Of a DNA stretch of 64,000 nucleotides, positions 1 through 11,354 are shown one piece after another. The stretch is from contig CM082576.2 in the NCBI GenBank assembly GCA_040954595.2, positions 2,268,760 to 2,332,759 on the forward strand, in the 5' to 3' direction. The translations under genes were made by a program, and so were the position numbers. The first letter of the stretch is position 1. The number at the start of each line of letters is the position of its first letter. The notes below the pieces were generated by a model. It saw nothing but the letters and a program-made list of their open reading frames with translations, was not told where the DNA came from and made no database searches. Origin of the DNA: Balanoglossus misakiensis (Eukaryota > Animalia > Hemichordata).

Positions 1-66
1 CTGTGTCTGTACATGGATCCGTTCAGAATTTCTCATTCATTTGTTTTCATTTTTTATGATGATCAG

Positions 67-207
67 GAAAGAGTGGCAAGCCCTGGGTGAGATGGACAGA
101 GACACTGCCAAGCAAGCGTTCTGTAGTTTACTCGACAAAAGGTGTCCGACACTGAAACCGTGGGTAGAAGCACACAAAACAGAGAAGGAAGAACAGGAAA
201 GGAAAAA
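67..207 (+). CDS. ACBD3: ACBD3/GCP60 internal exon (end of the acyl-CoA-binding domain); gene starts upstream of the window
   Basis: cag|G acceptor at 66/67 and AA|gtagg donor at 207/208. Reads KEWQALGEMDRDTAKQAFCSLLDKRCPTLKPWVEAHKTEKEEQERK, matching the ACBD3 ACBP C-terminal helix. Phase is compatible with the next exon. Confidence 0.85.
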
Positions 208-547
208 GTAGGTCGCCTATGAATTCTACCAAATTAGTCGGCAATGTGTCACTGTCAGAGCTTTGGCTGAAAAATCAGATACAATAATCTTATACTAAAT
301 ATCAAAATAGATTTTGGAAAATTCAACAAATATACTCTATGAGGCGATGCGATGCTTAGACTTAACATCGGCAAAATATTACTGGCAGAGAAGTCTCTGC
401 TGGATGTGTGCTCGTGGTTGCTGGCTAGGTTTCCCTGGAAACAGAACAGCTGCAATTGAACAGTGAGTTATTGCAGTGCTGTAAGTGCAAATGCTATAAA
501 ATTCCTCAGTTTATCCGCTGTGAATAGCTCCATTGTTGCTTTTGCAG

Positions 548-661
548 GAAAGAAGAGGAAGACAGGCGGAGACATGAGGAGGAGGAAAGAGAAAGAGAGA
601 CTTTAGAAGAAAACGCCAGAAAACAAGCAGAGGAAGAAAGGATACGACAAGAACAACAAAG
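548..661 (+). CDS. ACBD3: ACBD3 exon, E/R-rich charged coiled-coil region
   Basis: ttttgcag acceptor and AG|gtgcaa donor. Reads KEEEDRRRHEEEERERETLEENARKQAEEERIRQEQQ; phase 2 at both ends. Confidence 0.85.
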
Positions 662-926
662 GTGCAATGATTTTCTTGATGTCATGTCTGCTGATGTGGG
701 TGTTTTTACTAATACCATAGATCATAGAATCATTATAGTCTCTTGTACATGATTAAGAACCCCTGCCCTGCTCCTGTCTTGCCCCTTGCCGATGATACAC
801 CACCCTCTCACACTTCTGATCCTCCTCACCAACAGACAAAATAAATTGAATCACCTGGTCTGTCTTTCATTAACTGATATGTTCTACACCGATGCCAACC
901 TTGGGATGTCTTCCTTTTTATTTCAG

Positions 927-1014
927 GTTACAAATCAAACAGATGCTAGACCAGCAGACATATCCACAGTTTGCGCAGTACGCAGCACAGCATTACCCAA
1001 ACAGTCCTGAACAG
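927..1014 (+). CDS. ACBD3: ACBD3 exon, Q domain first part
   Basis: tttcag acceptor and CAG|gtgagt donor. Reads LQIKQMLDQQTYPQFAQYAAQHYPNSPEQ, typical of the ACBD3 Q domain. Confidence 0.88.
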
Positions 1015-1511
1015 GTGAGTGTAATGTCATGACTGGTCTGCTGTTTTATTTATCCTTGGAGGAGGAAATTATCCAATCCATGTACATTATCACAAAATTC
1101 CTCTTCAACATCAGCTTAGTTAGATCAAATGCAAATTAATCATCGCTTTTTTTGAGTACAAAGAAAATAATTTACATTATTCTTGCGTGTGGTTTGTTTG
1201 CCTGTGAGCAACGATAACTCTGGTCTTTCCTGTACACTTGTTGCCATGGCAACTTATACATTATAAATGACACATTTCCATAGTAACGCCCACGTTATCC
1301 CCTTCAGTGCTCACACGTATACAGTATTATTTATTTTCATTTAATACCAATGCTAACGAGCCATAAATTGTTTCCTAGTCCAGCATATGGCTTCCTAATG
1401 ACCCATTATATGTTATTTTCTCACTTCTGGCAAGGAAGCAGATTTTTTGACCAGTGTTGTCGTCAAGTTGCTCATCCAAGTGTTTTCCTGGTTTTCGTTT
1501 TTTCCCCCCAG

Positions 1512-1629
1512 CAACAAACCTTGATAAAACAACTGCAAGACAATTATTTTGCGCAGTATATGCAGCAAGTCTATCAGCAGCAGTTACAGGCACAGCAACA
1601 GTTACAAGCTCAACCACAACAATTAACAG
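1512..1629 (+). CDS. ACBD3: ACBD3 exon, Q domain second part
   Basis: Polypyrimidine-cag acceptor and G|gtaag donor. Reads QQTLIKQLQDNYFAQYMQQVYQQQLQAQQQLQ. Confidence 0.88.
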
Positions 1630-1803
1630 GTAAGCAGAGATTCGATCAAGGGCAGTGCTTTTAAGCCTACAGTCGTATCAGTGGTCATTTTGGAATTTGT
1701 ATCCTTCAGTCGTGTTAGTGGTCATCCATTTGATCCATGGCAAAATTTAAGCCTTTGGTCGTGTCAGTGGTCATTATGGAACTGGGTCTCCTTGTGTTTG
1801 CAG

Positions 1804-2100
1804 GTATGAATGGACAAGCTCAACCACCAATCGATCAACAACAACAACAACAACAACAACAACAAACACAACAGCAGCAACAGGAGTCACTTCCCCAACC
1901 GGAGGCGGCCCCGAAACCGGAAGAAATCGCCACGACAGTAGTGATGAACGGAGAGGAGAAGCCAAACCACGAAGGAGAGCAAGCTGTGATGGGGAACAGC
2001 GTCGGAGAGCAGGGAGAGGAAGCTTCACAGAAAGAAGAGAAATCACAAGACGGGGAAGATGCTGCAGGTACTGACAGATTTACTGATGAAAGTAGTGGTG
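1804..2100 (+). CDS. ACBD3: ACBD3 exon, low-complexity Q/E-rich linker with polyQ (donor at 2100 or alternatively 2067)
   Basis: tttgcag acceptor at 1803/1804; open frame GMNGQAQPPIDQQQQ... Two in-phase (phase 1) donors: G|gtactg at 2067 and G|gttagt at 2100. Confidence 0.75.
1837..1883 (+). repeat. (CAA)n/(CAG)n coding microsatellite encoding polyglutamine in ACBD3
   Basis: caacaacaa... run visible in the sequence; translates to QQQQQQQQQQTQQQQQ. Confidence 0.9.
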
Positions 2101-2797
2101 GTTAGTATGTGCTTTGTTTTTGCTTTCGCTGCCGATGGTGATGGTTGCGTGTTGTGTTGTCCTGCATTTCACCGGTGTCCACCCATCCATCATACCCAAG
2201 TAACTGTGGTAAACGTTAATGCTGTGTGTGCGCCATTTTTAACCAGAAAAGTAAGTTGATAAATGCATGCATTTTATTATTGATTTAAATATTTAACCTT
2301 TGGAACATCCATATAATATCATGTCATTTGGGTTCAAAAGATGTGTACTTCTATGTTTTAGAGATCTATAGAGGATTATTGGCAGCTTTATCATGAATGT
2401 ACTTACAATAATACTGTTACAAGGAACCATCCTTATTAACATAATTACAAACATCTTGGATAAATTCGCTCATCAAACATTACACACCACATTCTGCACA
2501 TGACCTGTTCCTGTAATTGACAGACTTTCCTAACTAGAACTAATGATCTGAATGTCTTTTAGCATGCAAACCACATTTGTTTGTACTAAAAATGTGAGAG
2601 GTAGATGAAAAAGCAGTCAGGTTTATAGCTTTCGAGTGTTAAACACATCATCTGAAATGAACTGTACATTGGATAGAACGCCAACAGAAAACTGATACTG
2701 TTCAGTGAAGGATGACAAGCTCACATAAAGTAGACAATATTGTTTATGGAACATAGAATACTCACAGCAAGTCATATTTTTGCCTGTCCCCTCTCAG

Positions 2798-3094
2798 AGG
2801 AGTCCTTCCCTCCGATCGCCAATGCCTCAATGTGGACAAGACCCCAGATCAAAGAGTTCAAAGATCAGCTGAGGAAAGACACAGAGTCGGTCATCAAAGT
2901 CGGACGCGGCGAAACAGTAACAGTCAGGGTTCCCACCCACGAGGAAGGCACCTGTCTATTCTGGGAGTTTGCCACAGATTATTACGATATAGGATTTGGA
3001 CTGTATTTTGAATGGTCAATTGCACCGAGCAATGCAATTAGTGTACATGTTAGTGAGTCTAGCGATGAAGAAGATGATCTGGAGGAGGAAGAAG
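2798..3094 (+). CDS. ACBD3: ACBD3 exon, GOLD domain N-terminal part
   Basis: ctctcag acceptor and G|gtaact donor. Reads [13 protein letters not shown]...[39 protein letters not shown]...[10 protein letters not shown], diagnostic of ACBD3/TMED8 GOLD domains. Confidence 0.95.
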
Positions 3095-3360
3095 GTAACT
3101 ATGGTAACATATAAGAATTGAAAGATCTGATGTAATGTGATGGCATATGAAGTGATTATGTAAAATGGTAAAGGTTTTCAAATGCAAGCTTACAGAGAAG
3201 ACAAGGTGCTAATCCAAAAGGGAAAAAAATGTTCGCTCCATACATCTTCGAGGAATTAGGAAAAGCTATACACACTTAGGAAACTACAGTCCTACAGTGC
3301 TGATTCTAGAGAAAGGACTATTGATCATATGTATGGTTTCCCTCTCTCTCTCTCTCCAAG

Positions 3361-3569
3361 GTGAAAGGGGCGATCTTGAACGAGGCCGGAAAGATGACCG
3401 CCCACCAACCGATGAAATTATACCAGTTTACAGAAGAGATTGTCATGAAGAAGTATATGCTGGCAGTCATGTCTATCCGGGCAGAGGGGTGTATTTATTA
3501 AAATTTGATAACTCTTATTCTTTATTTAGGTCAAAAACTTTATTTTATAGAGTATACTATACAAGATAA
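3361..3569 (+). CDS. ACBD3: ACBD3 last coding exon, GOLD domain C-terminus
   Basis: (ct)n-caag acceptor. Reads [52 protein letters not shown], the conserved ACBD3 C-terminus. Confidence 0.95.
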
Positions 3570-6500
3570 ACAAGAATTAACATCTGGGGGAAAATATTAT
3601 ATTATTTTCTTTTTTTGTGCCTAAGATATTGTATTATACAAAACAGACAAATTAGCCAAATGAGAATACATAACAGAGTATATGAGGATTTTTCCCTTTT
3701 TCTGTCAAAATATTTATTATTCGACATAATTTTGAAATGTATCAAATTGCAGAGATACATGTTAAATCTGTTTCGTTCCCTGTTTCCCTGATTGTATTGT
3801 TACACAGGTGAGAGTTCCTGCACCATGCACCCATAAATAGTGGCAGCTTTGTTTGTGTATAGCGCCACCAAGTGGTCATAGCTTGTGAAATGAAATAGTT
3901 TGAATACAGCAATATATGGCCGTGTTTTTTATTTACAGGTCACGAAAATTTCGTTCAAATGTACATGTCCCTGAAACGGGTTCTGTAATTAATCGTCGAA
4001 TCTCTGCAGAATGTGCAAAAGGAAGTAATCTGGTTATTGTGAACACGCTGTAGCCACATACACAAGCTCAAACGATGAAATATGTCCCCCCCTGTGGGAC
4101 CGCAAATATGCTAATCATTGTAGAAAATGGAAGATAATTTTGAATAAAAATTTTAATTTGCTTCATTGGTAAGCATTTCATGCAATGTGATTATTTCTCA
4201 GACTGGACAATTTGGCATGGTTGACCCCCCCCCCCCCCCACACACACACACTTTGACCAGTTTTTCTCGAGTTGACTGAAAGATTCTTTGCCGTGATTTG
4301 TTTAGTTGCAGTACTGTGTGGGAATACAGTAGCATGTATTTGCAGAACAGTTAGTATATGAGCTGCAGTTTCCAACACTGACCCAGGATATGCACATGCA
4401 TGGTGCATTCTGTTTTTCACAAAGGGAATGGTTTGTTTGTCTTGTGTTTTGTTGTTCTTTATTTTTACCCCTTGCTTTATCACGAGAAGACAGTTGCAGT
4501 CATGTATAATTTGCCATTTTACTTTAAATAACTTTTATGTCAGCTTATATTTTTTTTACTGATCTTCTATTTTCCACTGACACTAGCTAAATAAGTAGTT
4601 TTAACATGGTGATCATGTCTTAGTAATGTTATATTGATAACTGAGACCGTTGGGCCTCTCTTTTAATGGCAGTTGTTAATTGCTATGGCAATATTGTGAA
4701 AATGGTGCTAATGTCTTGTTTGTTGTTTTGTTTTGTTTTGTTTCATAATCATTTCACATTGTGTACAGTTACAACTCAAGGGGTAATTCAACATTCAGCA
4801 CATTTTGTCCTCCACTGGTGTGTATGTGAATAGTCCGAGTTATATTCCAAAAGCCCAACTAGTAGTTGGTAGTAGAAGTCATTTTCTAAACCCAGCCCTG
4901 GAATAAATTGTATTGTAATGGAAAAATGTATAGCTGATAGTTAATGGATTAATTTTCAGTGATATTTCCATTTCTTTCGATGACTAACTCTGTATGGATA
5001 ATGGGCAATTACCTGTTGCATCAACCAACACAGTAGTACATTACTGCCATGTGAATAATGTGCTGAAAAATAGATTTACAGCAGAGAATGCGTATGTACT
5101 AGAATCGTAATTTGCTGACATTTTCCGACAAATGTTGAAGATCTTTTTCTTCAAAAAATGTAAAACAAGTGAACTGATAAGGGAGCTAAAAAGAATGTAT
5201 GCCCTCTGGTGGTGAGCATCAACTGACCTAGCTCGGGTTTCCTGACCCATTTCTGCCGCTGGCAGCGCTTTTTTGAACAGAGCAGCATGGGACCGTGACA
5301 CGTGGAACCAAGGTGTGAACGAAAGGGTGTCGGAAATATACACCCCCTTTCAACGATTGTGAGTACAAACCATTTTGTACGGCTACGGCAATCTGATTGA
5401 AATCAGCTGTAGACATAGACGGCGTGTTTACTCAGATCGAGGCTATAGCTACGTGTGACATTTTGCCACATGACATTGTGATTGGGGGACGTATGGAGAC
5501 TTGTCTCGGCCATATTGGTTAGCCTATAATTAGGTATGCGCATATTCAATGTGGGAAAGGATAAGACTCCATAAGGTGCGCGGTACGGCATACATGCAAG
5601 CAGAAATGTGGTGATTATGTAGAATTTATTATCAATTTGTGGACAAAATTTAAAATCATCAAAGTTGCCGCTTCATTGCTGTCCCATCCACAGAAGAAAT
5701 GTTTGCCTTGAGGAATTGCGAGGAAGTGATGTTTTATTTAATCGACTGATTAAATGTCCCCGTGTCACTAATCATAACATTATAAAGTGTTTCATAAAAA
5801 GATAGAATGTGCCAAAATTATCTGCGAACGTCTGAAGAGATTACGTTTAATATCGATATGATTTTAAGAAAGGGCGACAATAAAAATATTGCAGAAACGG
5901 AAGACAGTCAGCTTCGGAGTGAGGAGAAGGGAACAGCTGCACCTAAGTTGCAAAATTTCGAATACCGAGATGCGGAGACTTCGTGTAAACTGTTCAAACG
6001 GCGACAGTTAAGAATAACATAATATCATCCTCAATTATATTCCTCCACTTGCCAATTTTGCAACTGATTTCCGACGTCTTGCCATTAATCTCGGTTTTCA
6101 TCACCTGTCATCTTTCATCATCCTTCATTTAGAAATGCGCAAATGTCACCGCCAATGCCCGGCGCCAATGCCAACTTTTCCACTCTTAAAAGTTATAACG
6201 TTCGTTTTACAAATATTGACTTGATGGGATGCCATTCTACGCACGTTAAATCCCGAAAGGTCTCGCGTGACCTCCTGGTGTCAAATGTAATGCAGTAGTA
6301 ACAATACAGCTCCACAGATGAGCTATCGTGAAATCCTGCGAATTTGGTTCGGCCAACATTGAGAATCCGTGAGTGAAACTCGGAAAATGACAGTTATCAT
6401 AGTCGGTTGACCCGACTGTCACTCCACAGATACAAGATAGCGCTCTCTGCGGCGTTGATACACTCGAGTCGTCGGTGATTGTAACAGAAGACCGCTACAA

Positions 6501-6794
6501 GGCGTTTACAACCCCAGTTCAGCTGTCGGTGCTTGCCAGTTAACGACCGTTCCTCCCGTACTCAAACAACGCGCACTCTTTTCTCGCCGGAATTCTGTCG
6601 CTGTCTCAGATTGTCGATGTAAGCTTATTTCCAGTTGTGGGGAGTTGGCTGACGCCATAACGAAAGGTAATATCACTTCATTGAGTTGTCTGGGAATAGA
6701 TATGAACACTAAACGTACTAAAATCCTGTCTTCGTTGTATTTATCAATGTCTTGACTCTGACAAAAGAACATGACATCACCGATCGGTCGCTTG

Positions 6795-6818
6795 TCTGAC
6801 TGACTGACTGACTGACTG
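6795..6818. repeat. (CTGA)n microsatellite
   Basis: tctgactgactgactgactgactg seen directly. Confidence 0.85.
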
Positions 6819-8029
6819 TACGGTATTCATTGCCCGAAAAACACGAAATACCATTGACTGAACAGGAAAGCTGAACATCTAAGCAGTTTAGTTAAATAAT
6901 GTTCGCGAAAAGCTCTCAGAAGTCATCGAAAGAACGGGAAAGACAACCAAGGTCTTATTGTCTTATTACGAATTTCAAAATGATCAATCGATGGACGTGA
7001 CTATTCTCCAACATACGACACCGCCTATAGTCACTGGAGTGAACGGACAAAACGTTAACGAAGCTACTTATTATGATCATTAACTTTTTTTTAAAGAATC
7101 TATTTATTGGTGTTCAATCTTCGGAAAAGATGAAGTAGAAATAGAGTTCAGCGACAATGTTTCATATTATTGGCCAGCGGGTTGCAAGGACATCGATATC
7201 ACCTCGTAGCATACGTCTTCATTCAACATCCACCCCACACAGTATTGCGCGCAAGAATTATCTGAGTATGTCTCACAAGCAATAACCTTACAGGTTACAA
7301 ATAGTGTTTTACATCATTGCGAAGCAGGGGTCGGCAAATGCTATCTCAAGAAACGTGACGCACCTCGCTTATTCACAAAACCCGAGGTGAACTGTGTTGT
7401 TGGGAGACGTCGGGGGATTCTCCAACCTCGCGGTAAAATTTTCGGACGAAGGTTAATTGGGGTTGAAGGCAAACGGGAGCGGAGGGAAGTGTTCTCCTGT
7501 GTCGATCCCGACAAACAGCGTGATATCCATCCCTTCATCCATGACTGCCGCTATAAATAAATAAATAAAAGTTCGTCCGTGCGTGCGTGGTAACCCAAAA
7601 TTGCCCACACAACTTCTACATGTTCTAAGCTCATGTAGTTTGATGACAGTGCCCAGAAGACTATAACGACGTAGGGAGAGAGTTCAGATGAGCTGGCGAC
7701 TCAGTGAGATCCTGGCTTGTGTCAACCTCAGCTTCTTTCGAGGCAATACGTCGTATACACTTCGATGGCATGCCTACGACACATTTAGTTTTATTGTCTG
7801 TTTGTTCGACTGATCGGAAACTTAATACAAAATGTAGATGTGCGTACGAGAGAGCCCCTCTTGTACGTCCATGGTCAATGATACATTCCTAACACCCACG
7901 CTTAGCATATATTTTTCCATTAGTTGTAACTTTAGCTATTTTTCCAGTATATTTGTTCAGTGTATCACAGTTTCCTTCCCCTTTCCCTAAAGCATGATGG
8001 AATGCCCAGTATTTAGCATGTCAATACAG

Positions 8030-8191
8030 TAGACTCTCACAGCCCACGGTTCGCTATAAGGCTCTTCACTGACGCGCCCTCAACCGTTTAGCAAAGCCTC
8101 ATATGTGTTGTGTAGCGAACCTCTCGCCGGGCACACATGCAATCAGACTGTGAGCCTGCATGGACGGCAAGAGGGGTTGTGAGAGAGTCTA
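8030..8191. mobile_element. 162-bp MITE with TAG...CTA termini and a 10-bp TSD (possibly non-autonomous AcademH type)
   Basis: TIRs are TAGACTCTCACAGCCC (8030-8045) and GGGTTGTGAGAGAGTCTA (8174-8191). Flanks gtcaatacag (8020-8029) and gtcaatacgg (8192-8201) match 9/10. Internal inverted pair ggttcgcta (8048-8056) / tagcgaacc (8113-8121). Confidence 0.75.
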
Positions 8192-11100
8192 GTCAATACG
8201 GCCTATACCACGGTATGTGTTCAGATATATTTCTGAGTCAGTATTTTGTTCAGTGTATCAAGTACTACTTTTACTATGTCTAAAGCATGCTAACATACCC
8301 AGTATTGCCAACATAGCCGGAATGTGTGTAATAACATGATTGTCATTGTTAGGTCCGGACTTAAAAAAACGAGCATGCACACACAGTTTTCACGCACAGT
8401 AACACACATGCGATGGAGCGAACTCGCCCTTTGCGTCTTGCAGACTTCATGTCAAGGGGGCACTGTATGTACCGGAATGTATCCGTTTTGCAGTCTGATT
8501 TTATTATGCACGGACCATTTAATTTTCTGGCTTTTAAGTGGACATAAAACGTTTAACATGTTTAATGGGGATGTTCAGCCAAGCTTCGTCCGCGACCGTA
8601 AACGTATAGTCGACACACAGCCGATAGCATTTCACACACGACGCAGCAGAAGACATGCAACTATGTTGTGTTCGCCGCCCGCTACAATCATTGCAGCTCT
8701 AGGCTGTGGGCGGCGGACCCGTATGTCATGATATCATGTTGGTAGGCCTACTGGTACGGGCCGACAAATGTCCTATCTTCAGCTTTTATTTCCAGCGAGT
8801 GGCATTATGCTAATTTAATCATCACCTTCGGTCCATTGTCTCAAAAGCATTGATGAATTCCACGCTGCTTGGAAAACAGAGCAAATAATGTATTCTGATA
8901 AAATTAAACGTTTTCATTGACGTGAATTATGATTTGTTTACATATGTTCCGTAAACTAATCTCTACCAAAGTACTATGGGGAGATAGACTTAATGTATTT
9001 TTTCATGCTGCTGTTCAGCTTGGAGCTTCAACAACAGGTGTGAGGGACAGGAAATCCCTGTTCTCATTACATCAAGAATATTAATACCTATATTTCAAGC
9101 ATTAAGATTGCCCCTAGGTGGTTTTACTGTGTACTGTCAAGAAAGTACTTGCATATAAAAACTGAATCCAATCAAGAAAAGGAGGATTCTATGACTGAAT
9201 GTCAAATCAGAAAAAATGGATCCGTTGATGGCCAAACCCAAGAAGCTTTGCCTCCAAAAGCCTTTCAAAAATACACAGAAGTTGAGACGGCTGGACGTTC
9301 TATGGAAAATATTGATCATTTTCACTCAAGCAACTCATAGAAAATCATTTTACGTTGATTATTATGTTTACGTTGAGAAAGAACTGAACTTGGAATTTCT
9401 ATTGTACCATGTTGCATGCATAATGACCTCAGCTGTTGTTGTGTACCCGATAAAGTAGATATGCATGACGTTTCATACCATTACGTACATCATCCATCGT
9501 CCAATTACGTCATGTGGTTTCAGCTGCGTAATCGTGCTCTTGGTGGTGTCTAGAAGTCAGCGGTTTATTGGTGATCACGTCGGGTGCTATCGTGAACAGC
9601 AGACGACATATGACAGGTGCTTGTGACCTTTGGCGCGAACTCGTGAGCATGTACTTTTGACGTTGGTTTTAAAAACCTTGTTGATATTTTTTTGCTGTTA
9701 ATAGGCCTAATCTTTCGAAAAGTCAAACAGAATATTGTTCCAGGTTAGCAGAAGGTCCTACTTCAGATAATTATGGGGTGAATTGTACTTCTATCCTGTG
9801 TCATTCAATCTGATTTTCACTCAGCTGGAGAATTTAATAAAATGTACATCTCGCTTCAAATGCTATTAAAACCGACAAAATTAGGGAAGCGTGCCCCACG
9901 GTTAAATCAGTAACTTAACTATATTTGAGCCCAGAACATGTATACATACATCACTGCCTTATACAACGTAAGTGTTATAGCCGCCTTGAAGGGCGTACAA
10001 CGATATACGTGTTGAGAGTATTGGTTTAGGGCCGCAGCTGCCACGGTACAATGTAGTCTTACTGTAAAGCAACAAGTGTCTGTAGTCGTCTATTTTCATT
10101 TCATTTCTAGACAGAATATGACGTTACAGTAATGATTGTATAATTTGTTTTTTTTTGGTGGAAGGGTTATTAAAACTATACACGTGAATCATGTGGGTGT
10201 CATTAATACTACATGTATATGTATTGCTACGAGCTCATTATCGTCAGATACATTTAAATGAACACACAACAATGTACATAACACACTTCACGACGCATGT
10301 GAAATTTCCAGCATTCGCCAAAAATAATTTTCTTGTTTTATTATCACTCTATTTTTTAATCATTTCATATTGATTAAAAATAATAAAACGGGCGTGTACT
10401 GTATTTACGTATAGGCCTACTTGCGCATTGAGCACATATGTTTGGTTGCTATGGGGAATTTTGCGGTTGGTTGCTCGGGAAAGTGTGTGATTATTAATGA
10501 TCCAGTCATTGGTTTGAATAATGACATGGTAATTATCGATTCTTGCCCATCAGACTGATACCCCGGGAAACACGACAAAATCGAAGACGGGCTGCTCTGG
10601 TGAGGGGAGGTGTACAGTTGTCTATACGAGGAGAAACTCGACTTTTACCGGGAAGATAGTGATACGTGAACCAAGACGAGGCATGCTCAAACATCAGGCC
10701 AGTTGTCAGAATGACTTACACGATCATCGTGGAGAATGAGACGAGAGTGGAACGACTCCGAGATAGAGCGCCACTTGAGAAGTTCGCTGGAAAGTTCAGA
10801 TCACCACAGTTATCTCTGGTCACTGAGTATCCCGTCAGAGCTACCGGATACTGCAACTCTTGTAATGATCCAGTTCTGAGGCCGTCTTGAGAATAAGAAG
10901 GACATCACGGAATGTTGCCGTCCATCTCTTCACGCGCCATCGCCAAGCACACTTTTATTAATAATTGTGGGCCATGAATTCCTGGTGACATCGTTAATTG
11001 TTATAGCACCGTACATAAAACAGTCGACCGTTTAGCCAAACCAACTTTTCATTACGACTGACTCTGCCTTGAGCAAGCCACGCGTGACGTTCTTGCGGAT

Positions 11101-11354
11101 AAAAAAACAACATTTTTCGTGACGCACGAGTTCTTTACCTGATCACCTCAGACGAAAGTAGGTCAGTGTGGAATATTTCCCAGGTGTTACTCAGCCGAGC
11201 TGTATGCCCTGAATTGCCTCTTGCATTTTCTGATTGATGCTGTTTCAGCTTCGCAAGGCATAATACATCGGGTGAAGGACTGTGGGTAACAGAGCGAGCG
11301 AGCGAGACACCGTGATCTACGAAACGTGCGTTTTCTCGCCTGACAGGGACTATC

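Noticed and set aside
1240-1253. Perfect X-box palindrome GTTGCCATGGCAAC in an ACBD3 intron
   Set aside because: It sits in a segment (about 1166-1320) that looks like a repeat fragment and is far from a visible promoter; not claimed as regulatory.
7325-7610. CAGGGGTCGGCAA, resembling a hAT-type TIR
   Set aside because: No convincing matching inverted end or 8-bp TSD was found.
9149-9340. 63-aa hydrophilic ORF with a nearby acceptor-like site
   Set aside because: No recognisable homology and no partner exons that I could link to it.
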